22,654 bases of DNA from contig JBBCAX010000408.1 in NCBI GenBank assembly GCA_051382335.1, positions 1-22,654 on the forward strand. Reading direction: 5' to 3'. Position 1 is the stretch's first letter. Every line of letters starts with the position of its first letter. This DNA is from Deltaproteobacteria bacterium TL4. Lineage in GTDB: Bacteria > SAR324 > NAC60-12. Below the pieces are notes generated by a model, which did no database searches, was not told the origin of the DNA, and saw nothing but the letters and a program-made list of their open reading frames with translations. A program made the position numbers and the translations under genes. Positions 1 to 9,113 of the stretch are shown piece by piece.

Positions 1-122
1 ACGGGCTCGTCTTCGGTATTATTTACGCTCTGCTAGCGAAACGTTATCTTTATTCCAATCAAATTTTCAGGAAAAAAGTAGCTTTTAAAATCATTGTCTT
101 TGTCAAATCCTTAAGTTACTGA
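1..122 (+). CDS. 3' end of a probable membrane protein running in from the left edge (partial)
   Basis: The frame starting at nt 3 reads GLVFGIIYALLAKRYLYSNQIFRKKVAFKIIVFVKSLSY* (TGA 120-122), a hydrophobic helix followed by a basic tail. It converges on hslU. Confidence 0.45.
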   Translation, partial: GLVFGIIYALLAKRYLYSNQIFRKKVAFKIIVFVKSLSY

Positions 123-131
123 CATTGCACC

Positions 132-158
132 GGAGGGCGGGACGCCCTCGCTCCCAGG
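132..158. repeat. REP-like GC-rich hairpin
   Basis: GAGGGCG-gga-CGCCCTC is a perfect 7-bp stem (133-149) followed by GCTCCCAGG, lying between convergent genes. Confidence 0.55.
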
Positions 159-279
159 ACAAAACTTATCTTGAGCACTATACTAGTTTGATAGGTGAAT
201 TTATGGGGGAATGAACCGATGGGTCTCGCCTTTCCCCTATGAGATTGTGAGCGTCACCAGGAAGCGTCACAAGCAAATC

Positions 280-1629
280 CTACAATATGTAATGACTCAA
301 GTCCTGATTTTTGAGCAGGTTGGTTAAACGTTCTTCAATGTATTTGGGCGTGATCGTAATACTTTGTCCTTTGAGATCAGGCGCTTCAAAACTGACTTCT
401 TCCAACAATTGTTCCATGATGGTGTGAAGTCTTCTGGCCCCAATGTTTTCAGACTCCTCATTCACGTCACAGGCAATTTGAGCGATTCGATCAATGGCTT
501 CCTTCGTGAACTCCAATTTAACCTCTTCGGTTGCCAGTAACTCCGTATACTGAACGGTTAAGGCATTTTTAGGTTCTGTCAGAATTCTGATAAAATCGGC
601 CTGTGTTAAGGATTTCAATTCAACTCGAATGGGAAAACGCCCTTGAAGTTCAGGAATGAGATCTGAAGGCTTGGAAATGTGAAACGCTCCTGCCGCAATA
701 AAAAGAATATGTTCGGTTCTGACAGGGCCATATTTGGTGTTTACGGTTGAGCCTTCGACGATAGGCAATAAATCTCGCTGAACCCCTTCACGTGAAATAT
801 CCGGCCCCCCCATAGAGGAACCTTTTCTGGAAGCAATTTTATCGACTTCATCCAAAAACACAATTCCTGTCTGCTCCACTCTCATGATGGCTTCTCTGGA
901 AACTTCTTCCATGTCAATCAATTTACCAACTTCTTCCTGTTCCAAAATAGACTTGGCGTCTATAATTTTTATTTTTCGCCTTTTGGATCGTTTGGGCATC
1001 ATGCTGGAAAGCATATCCCGAATATTCATATCCAAATTATCATTCAGGGAAATAGGCATGAATTCCACCATGGATCCTGAGGCTTTTTCCTGTAAGTCCA
1101 ATTCCACAAGTTTGTCATCCAACAACCCGGCTCTGAGTTTTTCCCTGAATTTTTCCCGGGTGGGGTTCGCGTCATCAGTGGAAGGTGTTCCCGTAGGCGG
1201 AAGGAGCAAGTCGAGTAAGCGTTCTTCGACCATCAGCTTGGCTTGTTCTTCCTTGATTTGCATCTGCTCTTGCCGAACCATATTGACCGAATACTCCGCA
1301 AGGTCACGAATAATGGACTCCACGTCACGCCCCACATAGCCGACTTCCGTAAACTTGGAGGCTTCTACCTTGATGAAAGGCGCACTTGCCAGTTTGGATA
1401 TTCTGCGGGCAATTTCAGTTTTTCCGACGCCTGTGGAGCCGATCATAATGATATTCTTGGGTAAAATTTCGTCCCGTAAGTCTTCCCGAAGTTGCATCCG
1501 TCTCCAGCGATTTCTTAAGGCAATCGCAACCGCTTTTTTTGCTTCATTTTGTCCTATGACATATTTATCGAGAGCCTCAACAATTTCTTTTGGAGTGTGG
1601 TGTGTACTGAGTAATTCCATGATGGCCAT
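280..1629 (-). CDS. hslU: ATP-dependent protease ATPase subunit HslU (ClpY)
   Basis: [16 protein letters not shown], Walker [10 protein letters not shown], pore motif GYVG, Walker [36 protein letters not shown] and C-terminal DLSHYIL. The start may be 1629 or 1620. Confidence 0.98.
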   Translation of the reverse strand: MAIMELLSTHHTPKEIVEALDKYVIGQNEAKKAVAIALRNRWRRMQLREDLRDEILPKNIIMIGSTGVGKTEIARRISKLASAPFIKVEASKFTEVGYVGRDVESIIRDLAEYSVNMVRQEQMQIKEEQAKLMVEERLLDLLLPPTGTPSTDDANPTREKFREKLRAGLLDDKLVELDLQEKASGSMVEFMPISLNDNLDMNIRDMLSSMMPKRSKRRKIKIIDAKSILEQEEVGKLIDMEEVSREAIMRVEQTGIVFLDEVDKIASRKGSSMGGPDISREGVQRDLLPIVEGSTVNTKYGPVRTEHILFIAAGAFHISKPSDLIPELQGRFPIRVELKSLTQADFIRILTEPKNALTVQYTELLATEEVKLEFTKEAIDRIAQIACDVNEESENIGARRLHTIMEQLLEEVSFEAPDLKGQSITITPKYIEERLTNLLKNQDLSHYIL

Positions 1630-1660
1630 TCATTATTTAAGATTTCAGAAGCTCTGCTTG

Positions 1661-2182
1661 TTAGATTTCGAGTTCCTCGTAAGTGATATTGGAATTGGTA
1701 TATAAACATATTTCTGCGGCAATATGCATCGCTTTTTCAACAATTTCCCTCGCTGACAGCTCACTATCAATCAAGGCTCTCGCTGCGGCCAAGGCATAAG
1801 AACCGCCAGAACCGATCCCGATGATCCCATCATCAGTCTCAATCACATCGCCATTCCCTGAAATGATCAGGGAGGCTTCCGCACTTGAAACCGCCAGAAG
1901 GGCTTCCAGATTTCGAAGCATTTTATCGGTTCGCCATTCTTTCGCCATTTCAACGGCCGATCGAATGAGTTTTCCATTGTACTGATCCAGTTTTTCATCA
2001 AATTTTGCAAAGAGTGTAAAGGCATCTGCCGTAGAACCGGCAAAACCCGCGATGACTTTGCCATCATACGTTCGACGGAGCTTTCGAGCTGTTTTTTTCA
2101 TCACAGTATTTCCCTGAGTGACTTGTCCGTCTCCACCCATGACTACTTGATTTCCTTTTCTTACACACAATATGGTTGTCAT
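1661..2182 (-). CDS. hslV: ATP-dependent protease peptidase subunit HslV (ClpQ)
   Basis: N-terminal M-TTIL (Thr nucleophile), [25 protein letters not shown] and ICLYTN. Lies directly upstream of hslU. Confidence 0.98.
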   Translation of the reverse strand: MTTILCVRKGNQVVMGGDGQVTQGNTVMKKTARKLRRTYDGKVIAGFAGSTADAFTLFAKFDEKLDQYNGKLIRSAVEMAKEWRTDKMLRNLEALLAVSSAEASLIISGNGDVIETDDGIIGIGSGGSYALAAARALIDSELSAREIVEKAMHIAAEICLYTNSNITYEELEI

Positions 2183-2226
2183 GATTGCCTTTGTTTGAAT
2201 GAGCGATAGATGTTCAGAAAATTAAC

Positions 2227-2362
2227 GATCCCCAGAGGCCTCTCGCCTCTTTCAAGGGACGAGCCGCACCCTCCACTGTGAGTTTATCTAAAGGACTGTC
2301 TCCAGACACGGGGCCCTTTGAAGGGGGAGTCTGTTCTTTGGAACACACCGGCACAGGGAATC
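2227..2362. repeat. Long imperfect palindromic element (degenerate REP/MITE or structured RNA)
   Basis: CCTCTTTCAAGGG (2246-2258) pairs with CCCTTTGAAGGGGG (2314-2327) using G-U pairs on the + strand. The outer ends are GATCCCC (2227-2233) and GGGAATC (2356-2362). Confidence 0.4.
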
Positions 2363-2366
2363 CCTT

Positions 2367-3614
2367 CTAGTGATAAAAACAATCCTTTGTTTTCTGATAA
2401 ACCTCTTTTATTGAAAGTTTGTATTCTTGAGCAATTTTTCGACAATCTTCAAATTCCGGACTAAAGCTCTGAAAGCCACCTGCCAAAGAACTTTTGCCGC
2501 GAACCCTGCCCCAAGGCGTTTGGACCTGCGTTTCCTCACGTTGAAGAACGGTCCGATTCCACGTCGTGTAACGGACTCCAAGCGTTGATGTTTCTTCAAA
2601 CAGGATACCGTGTATCGCCTCACGCAGTAGCGCCGAGTGAAGAACCTGGATGAGCGTTCCTGGGCGGTTTTTTTTCATTTGAACAGGAATAAACCAAACA
2701 TCCAGCGCGCCAACACCCATGAGGCGTTCGTGGGCGTACCCCATCCATTCCGCAGGACAATCATCAATATTTGCTTCAGAACATTCCACTCTCTCATCGC
2801 TGATGGTAGGCTCCGTTTGATGTCCCAGAACACATCGTAAGATATTGGGAACTTCAGCGAAGTTACGTCTACCGATTCCAATTCCTACACGTTCGACTGT
2901 ATAATTCAAAGGATTTGGGCGAGGCTTGGCAAACACTGAAAGTACAGCCGCTCCTGTCGGTGTTGTACGTTCATAAGGCAAGGAATCTTGAATGACCGGG
3001 AAGCCCTGTAATAACAGTAATGTTGCAGGAGCAGGAATAGGGAGACATCCATGCGCACTTTGAATTACGCCCATACCCGTCGGAACAGGAGACACATAGA
3101 TAGCAGCAATTTGTAAATAGTCCAGACATATTGCGATTGAAAGTATATCGGCAATAGAATCCCAGGCACCCACCTCGTGGAAATGAACGTCTTCTACATT
3201 TTGGTTGTGAATTCTGCCTTCAACTTCGGCAAGTCTGGAAAAAACGGAGAGGGCTTTTTCTTTAACAGCGGGGGAAAAATCAGCATCGTGAAACATTTGA
3301 CGGATCAGACGCATGGGACGAGAAACCGGAGTTAGGGGTTCATTCCACCGCACACTAAACTGTGTTCCTGAAATATGATGACGTTCCTGGCGCTGTGATG
3401 CCAGTTGCACCCCCTCCAGCTTAAGTTTCGAGAGTTCTGTCTCCAGCAAATCGAAAGGGACGTCCAATTCCAGCAAGCCTCCAACCAGCATATCTCCGGA
3501 AATGCCTCCAATGACATCCAGGTATAATATTTTTTTGAGCGCGATTCCCATGTTACGTTTCCGACGACTCTCCTTGTACTCCGAGGTGTCCTCAAGAGGA
3601 TCCCTGTGTTTCAA
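2367..3614 (-). CDS. larC: Nickel-pincer cofactor biosynthesis nickel insertase LarC (DUF111), single uninterrupted ORF
   Basis: GISGDM, VHFHEVGAWDSIADI, AHGxLPIPAPAT, TTPTGAA, EANIDD, MKKNRPG, ETSTLGVR and PEFEDC. The start is either TTG 3614 (overlapping the pgsA stop) or ATG 3551. Confidence 0.93.
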   Translation of the reverse strand: MKHRDPLEDTSEYKESRRKRNMGIALKKILYLDVIGGISGDMLVGGLLELDVPFDLLETELSKLKLEGVQLASQRQERHHISGTQFSVRWNEPLTPVSRPMRLIRQMFHDADFSPAVKEKALSVFSRLAEVEGRIHNQNVEDVHFHEVGAWDSIADILSIAICLDYLQIAAIYVSPVPTGMGVIQSAHGCLPIPAPATLLLLQGFPVIQDSLPYERTTPTGAAVLSVFAKPRPNPLNYTVERVGIGIGRRNFAEVPNILRCVLGHQTEPTISDERVECSEANIDDCPAEWMGYAHERLMGVGALDVWFIPVQMKKNRPGTLIQVLHSALLREAIHGILFEETSTLGVRYTTWNRTVLQREETQVQTPWGRVRGKSSLAGGFQSFSPEFEDCRKIAQEYKLSIKEVYQKTKDCFYH

Positions 3615-4177
3615 TCGTCAGAGGGAGGTTGAACGTTATAGTAGGAATAAAAATATTCGGCACCACTCCAGATCGCAATGAGCAGGGAGATCCACAGAAA
3701 TATCGTTCCGATCGTATGCGCGGGAATTCCAAAGGTCGGGTGATGGACAATCAGAAAACCGATAGAAATCATTTGTACAATAGTTTTTATCTTTGCCATG
3801 GGACTCGCCTGAATCACAACGCCTTCAGTCACCGCAATTGAACGCAGACCTGACACCGTAAACTCCCGTGCAATGAGAATTGCGGCAATCGTTGGAGAAA
3901 CACGCTCTAAACTTACCAGCAGTACCAGTACCGTGGAAACCAGCAACTTATCGGCGATAGGATCCAATAATTTACCTAAATCAGAGGAAATACCTTGAAA
4001 CCTTGCCAACACGCCATCCCAATAATCGGTCATGCACGCAAAGGTAAAAAGGACCGCCGCAATGTTTAGATAAAAAGGAGTGTCCAGAGCAATTAATAGG
4101 TAAATTACGGGAATCATGCATATCCGTAAGACGGTCAATTGGTTGGGTGTCACCCATTTGGCAAAGTATCGGACCAT
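3611..4177 (-). CDS. pgsA: CDP-diacylglycerol--glycerol-3-phosphate 3-phosphatidyltransferase
   Basis: TPNQLTVLR, the CDP-alcohol phosphotransferase motif DYWDGVLAR...GKLLDPIADK, REFTVSGLR, AKIKTIVQM and several TM helices. Confidence 0.95.
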   Translation of the reverse strand: MVRYFAKWVTPNQLTVLRICMIPVIYLLIALDTPFYLNIAAVLFTFACMTDYWDGVLARFQGISSDLGKLLDPIADKLLVSTVLVLLVSLERVSPTIAAILIAREFTVSGLRSIAVTEGVVIQASPMAKIKTIVQMISIGFLIVHHPTFGIPAHTIGTIFLWISLLIAIWSGAEYFYSYYNVQPPSDD

Positions 4178-4363
4178 AGTTCGTTAATAACTAACTTGAG
4201 TTATGAGAAAATTATATTATTTTAGACGTACTGTTGAGTATTTAAAGCATAAATCGCAGCTTGTCTATGGAATTTTCAATTATTTTTATAATATTCAAAG
4301 AACCTCACTTTGAATGTACGGTGAAGAGAGAGTCCTTAAAAAAAATTTAACAAAAATGCCTTT

Positions 4364-5692
4364 ATGAAGTTTGCTGTTTTAGGTTGGAACTATCGAAAAA
4401 CCCCCATTGAAGTTAGAGAGTTGCTGTCTTTGCCTCCAGAACAAAGGAGGCACTTAGCGACAGAACTAAAAAATAATTTCCTTTTGGATGAACTCCTTAT
4501 TTTATCCACATGCAACCGGACCGAGTTGTATTTCAAGTCAGCCCAACCCCTGGAAAATACGCATAAATTGCTCCAACATCTGAGCCTGTTCTGGGGAATC
4601 AAGCAATTAGCGGATTATTCTTATACCATTTATGATCTGGAAGCGGTAGAGCACCTTTTCAAAGTGGCCAGCAGCCTGGATTCCATGGTATTGGGCGAAC
4701 CGCAAATTCTGGGACAACTCAAAGACGCGTATTTGCAATTTGATGAAGCGCTGTTTTTAGGAGGCTTGTGTAAATACTTGTTTCAAAAAGCCTTTTCCAC
4801 CGCAAAACGGGTCCGTACCGAGACTCAGATCGCAAATTTCGCGGTGTCCATTAGTTTTGCCGCGGTAGAGTTGGCAAAGAGGATATTTGAAGACCTTTCC
4901 AATCAGACGGTCATGATTATTGGCGCTGGAGAAATGGCAGAGTTGGCGGCAAGACACTTGATCAAAAGTGGAGTTTCCCGCCTGTTAGTGACCAACCGCA
5001 CTTTCAGCAACGCCGTATCCCTGGCAGAAAAATATCAAGGTTCCGCAATCCGTTTTGAGCAGATGACAGAGTATTTGATTCACTCGGATATCGTCATAGG
5101 TTCCACAGGCGCAAGTAAACCTGTGGTCACCTTCCCGATGGTAAAAAGCATTTTAAAACAACGGAAAGGACGACCGATGTTTTTCATTGATATTGCGGTT
5201 CCCCGAGATATTGAGTCTCAAATTAATGAACTCAACAATGTTTATTGCTATGACATTGATGACTTGCAGACCGTTGTCGATCAAAACAAGATCGTTCGTG
5301 AGCAGCAAGCACAAAAAGCACTCGTCCTCATTCAAGAAGAAGTTCATAATGTGCAGGCCTGGTTTAAAGTTCAAAACACCTTGCCCACCGTTCGCTCACT
5401 AAGAGGGCAGTTTCACGGAATCGCTGAAAATGAACTGAAAAAAATGTCCTCGAAACTCAAAGACTTTTCTCCTGACCAGATAGAGCTTGTTGAACGGCTC
5501 GTCCATAATGTGGTTCATAAACTTCTGCATAAACCCACCTGCAATCTCAAACAAGTGGGGCAACAAGACGATATGCAATTGTATCTGGAATCTATTATTG
5601 AAATTTTTGAACTGTCGCCAACGTCGCTTACTTTGGAAAAATCAAAAACGCCTCCCTTGAAAGTTTTAAGTGGAAGAAAATCAACATCATAA
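4364..5692 (+). CDS. hemA: Glutamyl-tRNA reductase
   Basis: LSTCNRTE (catalytic Cys), LDSMVLGEPQILGQ, AKRVRTET, IGAGEMA (NADPH binding), DIAVPRDI and KLLHKP. Confidence 0.98.
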   Translation: MKFAVLGWNYRKTPIEVRELLSLPPEQRRHLATELKNNFLLDELLILSTCNRTELYFKSAQPLENTHKLLQHLSLFWGIKQLADYSYTIYDLEAVEHLFKVASSLDSMVLGEPQILGQLKDAYLQFDEALFLGGLCKYLFQKAFSTAKRVRTETQIANFAVSISFAAVELAKRIFEDLSNQTVMIIGAGEMAELAARHLIKSGVSRLLVTNRTFSNAVSLAEKYQGSAIRFEQMTEYLIHSDIVIGSTGASKPVVTFPMVKSILKQRKGRPMFFIDIAVPRDIESQINELNNVYCYDIDDLQTVVDQNKIVREQQAQKALVLIQEEVHNVQAWFKVQNTLPTVRSLRGQFHGIAENELKKMSSKLKDFSPDQIELVERLVHNVVHKLLHKPTCNLKQVGQQDDMQLYLESIIEIFELSPTSLTLEKSKTPPLKVLSGRKSTS

Positions 5693-5712
5693 CCTTCAGA
5701 ACAGATAGCTTC

Positions 5713-6639
5713 ATGTCTTCTTCAAAATTAAAAATTGCTACGCGTGGAAGTCAACTCGCCTTATGGCAGGCAAACTGGATACGTCGACAGATTCTTGAGC
5801 GCTTTCCAGAAGTTGACTGTGAATTGATCATAATCAAAACAACCGGTGATCGTATTCAGGATCGGGCTCTGTCGGAGATTGGCGGAAAAGGTTTGTTTGT
5901 CAAGGAACTGGAACAGGCATTGCTCGACCGAACTGCCGATATCGCGGTCCATAGCATGAAAGACATGCCTGGAATGTTGCCCGACGGACTGGAAATTTCG
6001 GTGGTCACCCGCAGAGAACATTCCGGGGACGCTTTAGTGGCACCCCGCTATCAGAAGCTTGATGATTTGCCTCCCAACGCACTAGTGGGAACCAGTTCTT
6101 TGAGACGGAGCTCCCAATTGAAACATTATCGTCCTGATTTACAGATTCAAATCCTGAGGGGGAACGTTCCCACCCGTTTGGAAAAAGTGCGGCAAGGCAA
6201 TTTTGACGCGACGATCTTGGCTGTCGCGGGTCTGAACCGTTTAGAATTAGCTCAGCATATTACGGAAGTGATTCAACATTCGGTAATGCTGCCCGCGATC
6301 GCTCAAGGCATTGTGGGGATTGAATCCCGTATCGGTGATAGCAAAACGCTCTCCTATATCCAACATTTACATCATCTGGATACTGCGGATTGTCTCAGAG
6401 CAGAACGCACGCTGCTCAATGAATTGGAAGGAAACTGCCAAGTTCCGTTAGCGGGACATTGCGTGCTTGAAGGCAATCAACTCCACCTGGATGCCCTGGT
6501 CGCACAACCTGATGGAAAACGGGTCATCCGCTTTCAAGCTTCCGATTCCAGAGCTCGCGCAGAAGAATTAGGGAAAGCCGTTGCCGCGTATCTTTTGGAG
6601 CATGGGGGAAAAGAAATTCTAAAGGAACTCAGTTGTTAG
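5713..6639 (+). CDS. hemC: Hydroxymethylbilane synthase (porphobilinogen deaminase)
   Basis: IATRGSQLALWQA, GGKGLFVKELE, AVHSMKD, GTSSLRR, RGNVPTRL and LEGNCQVP (cofactor Cys). Confidence 0.98.
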   Translation: MSSSKLKIATRGSQLALWQANWIRRQILERFPEVDCELIIIKTTGDRIQDRALSEIGGKGLFVKELEQALLDRTADIAVHSMKDMPGMLPDGLEISVVTRREHSGDALVAPRYQKLDDLPPNALVGTSSLRRSSQLKHYRPDLQIQILRGNVPTRLEKVRQGNFDATILAVAGLNRLELAQHITEVIQHSVMLPAIAQGIVGIESRIGDSKTLSYIQHLHHLDTADCLRAERTLLNELEGNCQVPLAGHCVLEGNQLHLDALVAQPDGKRVIRFQASDSRARAEELGKAVAAYLLEHGGKEILKELSC

Positions 6640-6683
6640 GTGGCTGTACGAGAAATAGGCGTTCTCATAGGAATTTCCATTTT

Positions 6684-6792
6684 CTAGTTCCCAAGCTCCA
6701 GCTCGAGAACTCAACGACATGGAAGCTCTGCTTCCCAGGAATGAAGCGGGAGCTTCAGTCAAGGCATTCCCCAGCCGGAGCTTGGGAACGAG
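6684..6792. mobile_element. ~109-bp non-autonomous REPIN/MITE-like element
   Basis: Terminal inverted repeats match at 18/20 positions: CTAGTTCCCAAGCTCCAGCT (6684-6703) against the reverse complement of AGCCGGAGCTTGGGAACGAG (6773-6792). Two inner hairpins, GGAAGCTCTGCTTCC (6721-6735) and TGAAGCGGGAGCTTCA (6742-6757), also mirror each other. Confidence 0.75.
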
Positions 6793-6912
6793 TCTGAAAA
6801 GTCCGCACGAAGTGCGCTAATTTAACGTGTTGTGAGACAGGGTTCACAGAACGAATACAAACAACTCGTGGAACATCGCTGCGGTTCCCCTGCCCCTCCC
6901 CTTTAGGTTAAT

Positions 6913-8202
6913 ATGACTTCAAAAGCAGATATTTTGATTCTTGATGATGATTTTACATTTCTGGAACAGATTCAAAAGACGTTGACTCATTTAGGATATT
7001 CGGTGTCCATGCTCACCAGTTCTGAGTACTTGTTTAATCGCTTACAGGAAGAAGCCTTTGATTTGCTTTTATTGGACGTTCATTTAGAAGAAACCAGTGG
7101 CAAAACGCTACTGAAGAATATCAAAATCCAACCATCCCTTCAGGCACTCCCCGTAATCATGTTAACCACCGATCCTGATGACTCCCTTTTGAAACAATGC
7201 TTTGAACTGGGAGCCGCAGACTTTCTCAGAAAACCTGTCAGTGAAGTCATTCTTCAGGCCCGTATCGAAAATGTACTTGAAGTCCAACACTACCAGGAAG
7301 AATTACTCCAGGAAATCAGACGTCGTCAAAAGATTGAAGATGATTTGCGTGTTTCTCAAAGCCGCTTGTTACTGATTTTAGATTCGATGGATGAAGCCAT
7401 TGTTTCGATTGATGCCACTTACAAAATCATTTTTTTTAACCAGAACGCGGAAAAATTATCGGGGTATGCGTTTAAAGAAATTTATGGGCAGACACTGGAT
7501 CAGTTGATGTCTTTTGAGACGCAAGACCTTTTTAATAAAACAGGACAAACGGTCAAAGTGACCCTTCAAAAAAAAACACGGGAAAAGTTTGAGACACAAG
7601 CTTTGATCATCGTCTCGAATTTGGAAAAAGAAAGAACCCTCTCCCTCATTGTTGAGATGCGAACTTTTGCGTCTGGAAAAATTTCGAAACGCTTACCCCG
7701 GATTCCCCTTGCGTGGAAGAATAAAATTGATACGCAGAAGCAAAAGATTCGTTCTCTGGAGAAAGGCCTTTCGGAAATCTTTCAACTCTTACCCAATCAA
7801 AATCAGGATATCACCCTGAAATTAAAAGACTTTAATCAGTATTTAAATGAATTATCAGAACCCTTGACGGTAAAAGCTCAAAGCTTGGAAATGCGTGAAA
7901 CGATGGTGGAAATCATGACCACCTCTTTGGAATATTGGGAGGTCACAACCCAGAAAACCAAAATACAGTTAGCTGAAGAAAGTCAAATTTGGCGAGCGTA
8001 CCTCGATCGGGATCGTTTTCATACTAAAACCTTGGATCGTTATCTCCACCTCCAAACCTTACCGAAAAATCCTCGCTGGAAAAATGTGTTGGATACTGCT
8101 TATTTCGTGTTAACCCATTGTCCCCCGGTACCGGTCTATCAAGACCGCTTAAAAGCGTCCACAGATCATTTTAAACAGATACTGAGAATGATCCAACCCT
8201 AA
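6913..8202 (+). CDS. Response regulator: REC - coiled coil - PAS - coiled coil - ChiS-family DNA-binding domain
   Basis: REC: ILILDDD, LLLLDV (phospho-Asp), IMLTT and DFLRKP. PAS: ILDSMDEAIVSID...FFNQNAEKLSGY. The C-terminal YWEVTTQKTKIQLAEESQIW...TKTLDRYL...LPKNPRW...TAYFVL matches the ChiS DBD pattern as I recall it. Confidence 0.85.
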   Translation: MTSKADILILDDDFTFLEQIQKTLTHLGYSVSMLTSSEYLFNRLQEEAFDLLLLDVHLEETSGKTLLKNIKIQPSLQALPVIMLTTDPDDSLLKQCFELGAADFLRKPVSEVILQARIENVLEVQHYQEELLQEIRRRQKIEDDLRVSQSRLLLILDSMDEAIVSIDATYKIIFFNQNAEKLSGYAFKEIYGQTLDQLMSFETQDLFNKTGQTVKVTLQKKTREKFETQALIIVSNLEKERTLSLIVEMRTFASGKISKRLPRIPLAWKNKIDTQKQKIRSLEKGLSEIFQLLPNQNQDITLKLKDFNQYLNELSEPLTVKAQSLEMRETMVEIMTTSLEYWEVTTQKTKIQLAEESQIWRAYLDRDRFHTKTLDRYLHLQTLPKNPRWKNVLDTAYFVLTHCPPVPVYQDRLKASTDHFKQILRMIQP

Positions 8203-8207
8203 GCTTT

Positions 8208-8246
8208 TTAGGGCGACACACTACATGAAATGTTGTCTCGCCTTAA
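8208..8246 (+). terminator. Imperfect hairpin after the regulator (terminator or REP remnant)
   Basis: TTAGGGCGACACA ... TGTCTCGCCTTAA inverted repeat just after the stop codon. No U-tract on the + strand. Confidence 0.35.
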
Positions 8247-8311
8247 GCAGAGCCTCCTGTTCTTGCGCTGGAAATAGGCGGCATTGAAAAAATTACCGTT
8301 AGAAGAGCTTC

Positions 8312-8875
8312 ATGATGACACTTGAAATATTATTCATGGGAATACTTATTTTCATATCACGAATCATTGATGTGTCCCTGGGAACATTGCGAACGATTGT
8401 GACCATCCAGGGAAGAGTCAAGCTGGCTTTTATTTTAGGATTTATTGAGATGTTAATTTGGATCTCTGTCTTTTCTACGGTGATTCAAAATGTCAACTCT
8501 TCTCCTATTTTGATTATTTTTTTCACATTAGGGTTTGCCACAGGAAACGCTGTGGGAATCATGTTGGAGAACAAGATAGCCTTGGGATATGTTATTCTGA
8601 CCGTGTTCACAAGTCATGCGGGAAAAAGTATAGCGACGCGTCTACGTGAACAGGGACAAGAAGTAACCACCTTTATCGGAGAAGGGACGGAAGGCACGGT
8701 AACCGAGTTGAATGTTGTGTGCCGTCGCCGTGATCTGGAAGCCATTCTGGAGATTGTATTGGAGGAAGATCCGGAGTGCTTTTACATCACGGAACATGCT
8801 AAAACCGTGAATAGACTTCTGAGACCGACTTTCGTCCCCGCGACCGGTTGGCGATCGATAATGAAAAAAAAATAA
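8312..8875 (+). CDS. UPF0316 / DUF5698-DUF2179 membrane protein
   Basis: IFISRIIDVSLGTLRT, LGFIEMLIW, LGFATGNAVG, IALG, LREQG..VT..GEG and a GlnB-like C-terminal domain with DPECF. Confidence 0.9.
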   Translation: MMTLEILFMGILIFISRIIDVSLGTLRTIVTIQGRVKLAFILGFIEMLIWISVFSTVIQNVNSSPILIIFFTLGFATGNAVGIMLENKIALGYVILTVFTSHAGKSIATRLREQGQEVTTFIGEGTEGTVTELNVVCRRRDLEAILEIVLEEDPECFYITEHAKTVNRLLRPTFVPATGWRSIMKKK

Positions 8876-9113
8876 CAAGGGCTTGATTTGGCGATCCATT
8901 CCTCCGGTCTGATGTCTGCTTCGCCCCGGAGAAAAAACTTATCTGGACCACTCTCCATTCCCGGGCGACTTATTTAAGGCGGGGCCGTAAATTTTCTTAA
9001 TCGTAATCTCAATCCATGGGATTCACATATCCGATCAGGATTTCGAATACGATCAAGATTCGGCCGCATAACTATGAATATCACGCTTTCCCGCTAGGTT
9101 CATCATCCCCCTG

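Noticed and set aside
884..1705. Plus-strand ORFs of 151, 73 and 116 aa
   Set aside because: Antisense shadows of hslU with no motifs.
2228..2260. Sigma32 promoter for hslVU (CTTGAAA on the minus strand)
   Set aside because: No CCCCAT-like -10 box at the proper spacing, and the hexamer is part of the palindrome.
2200..2366. 6S RNA call
   Set aside because: The paired region is only about 135 nt and I could not identify the central-bubble features. Left as an unassigned structured element.
8876..9113. Possible gene remnant between convergent genes (minus frame ...ILIGYVNPMD*DYD*ENLRPRLK*VAREW...)
   Set aside because: Multiple stops and no recognisable family. Cannot be supported without BLASTX.
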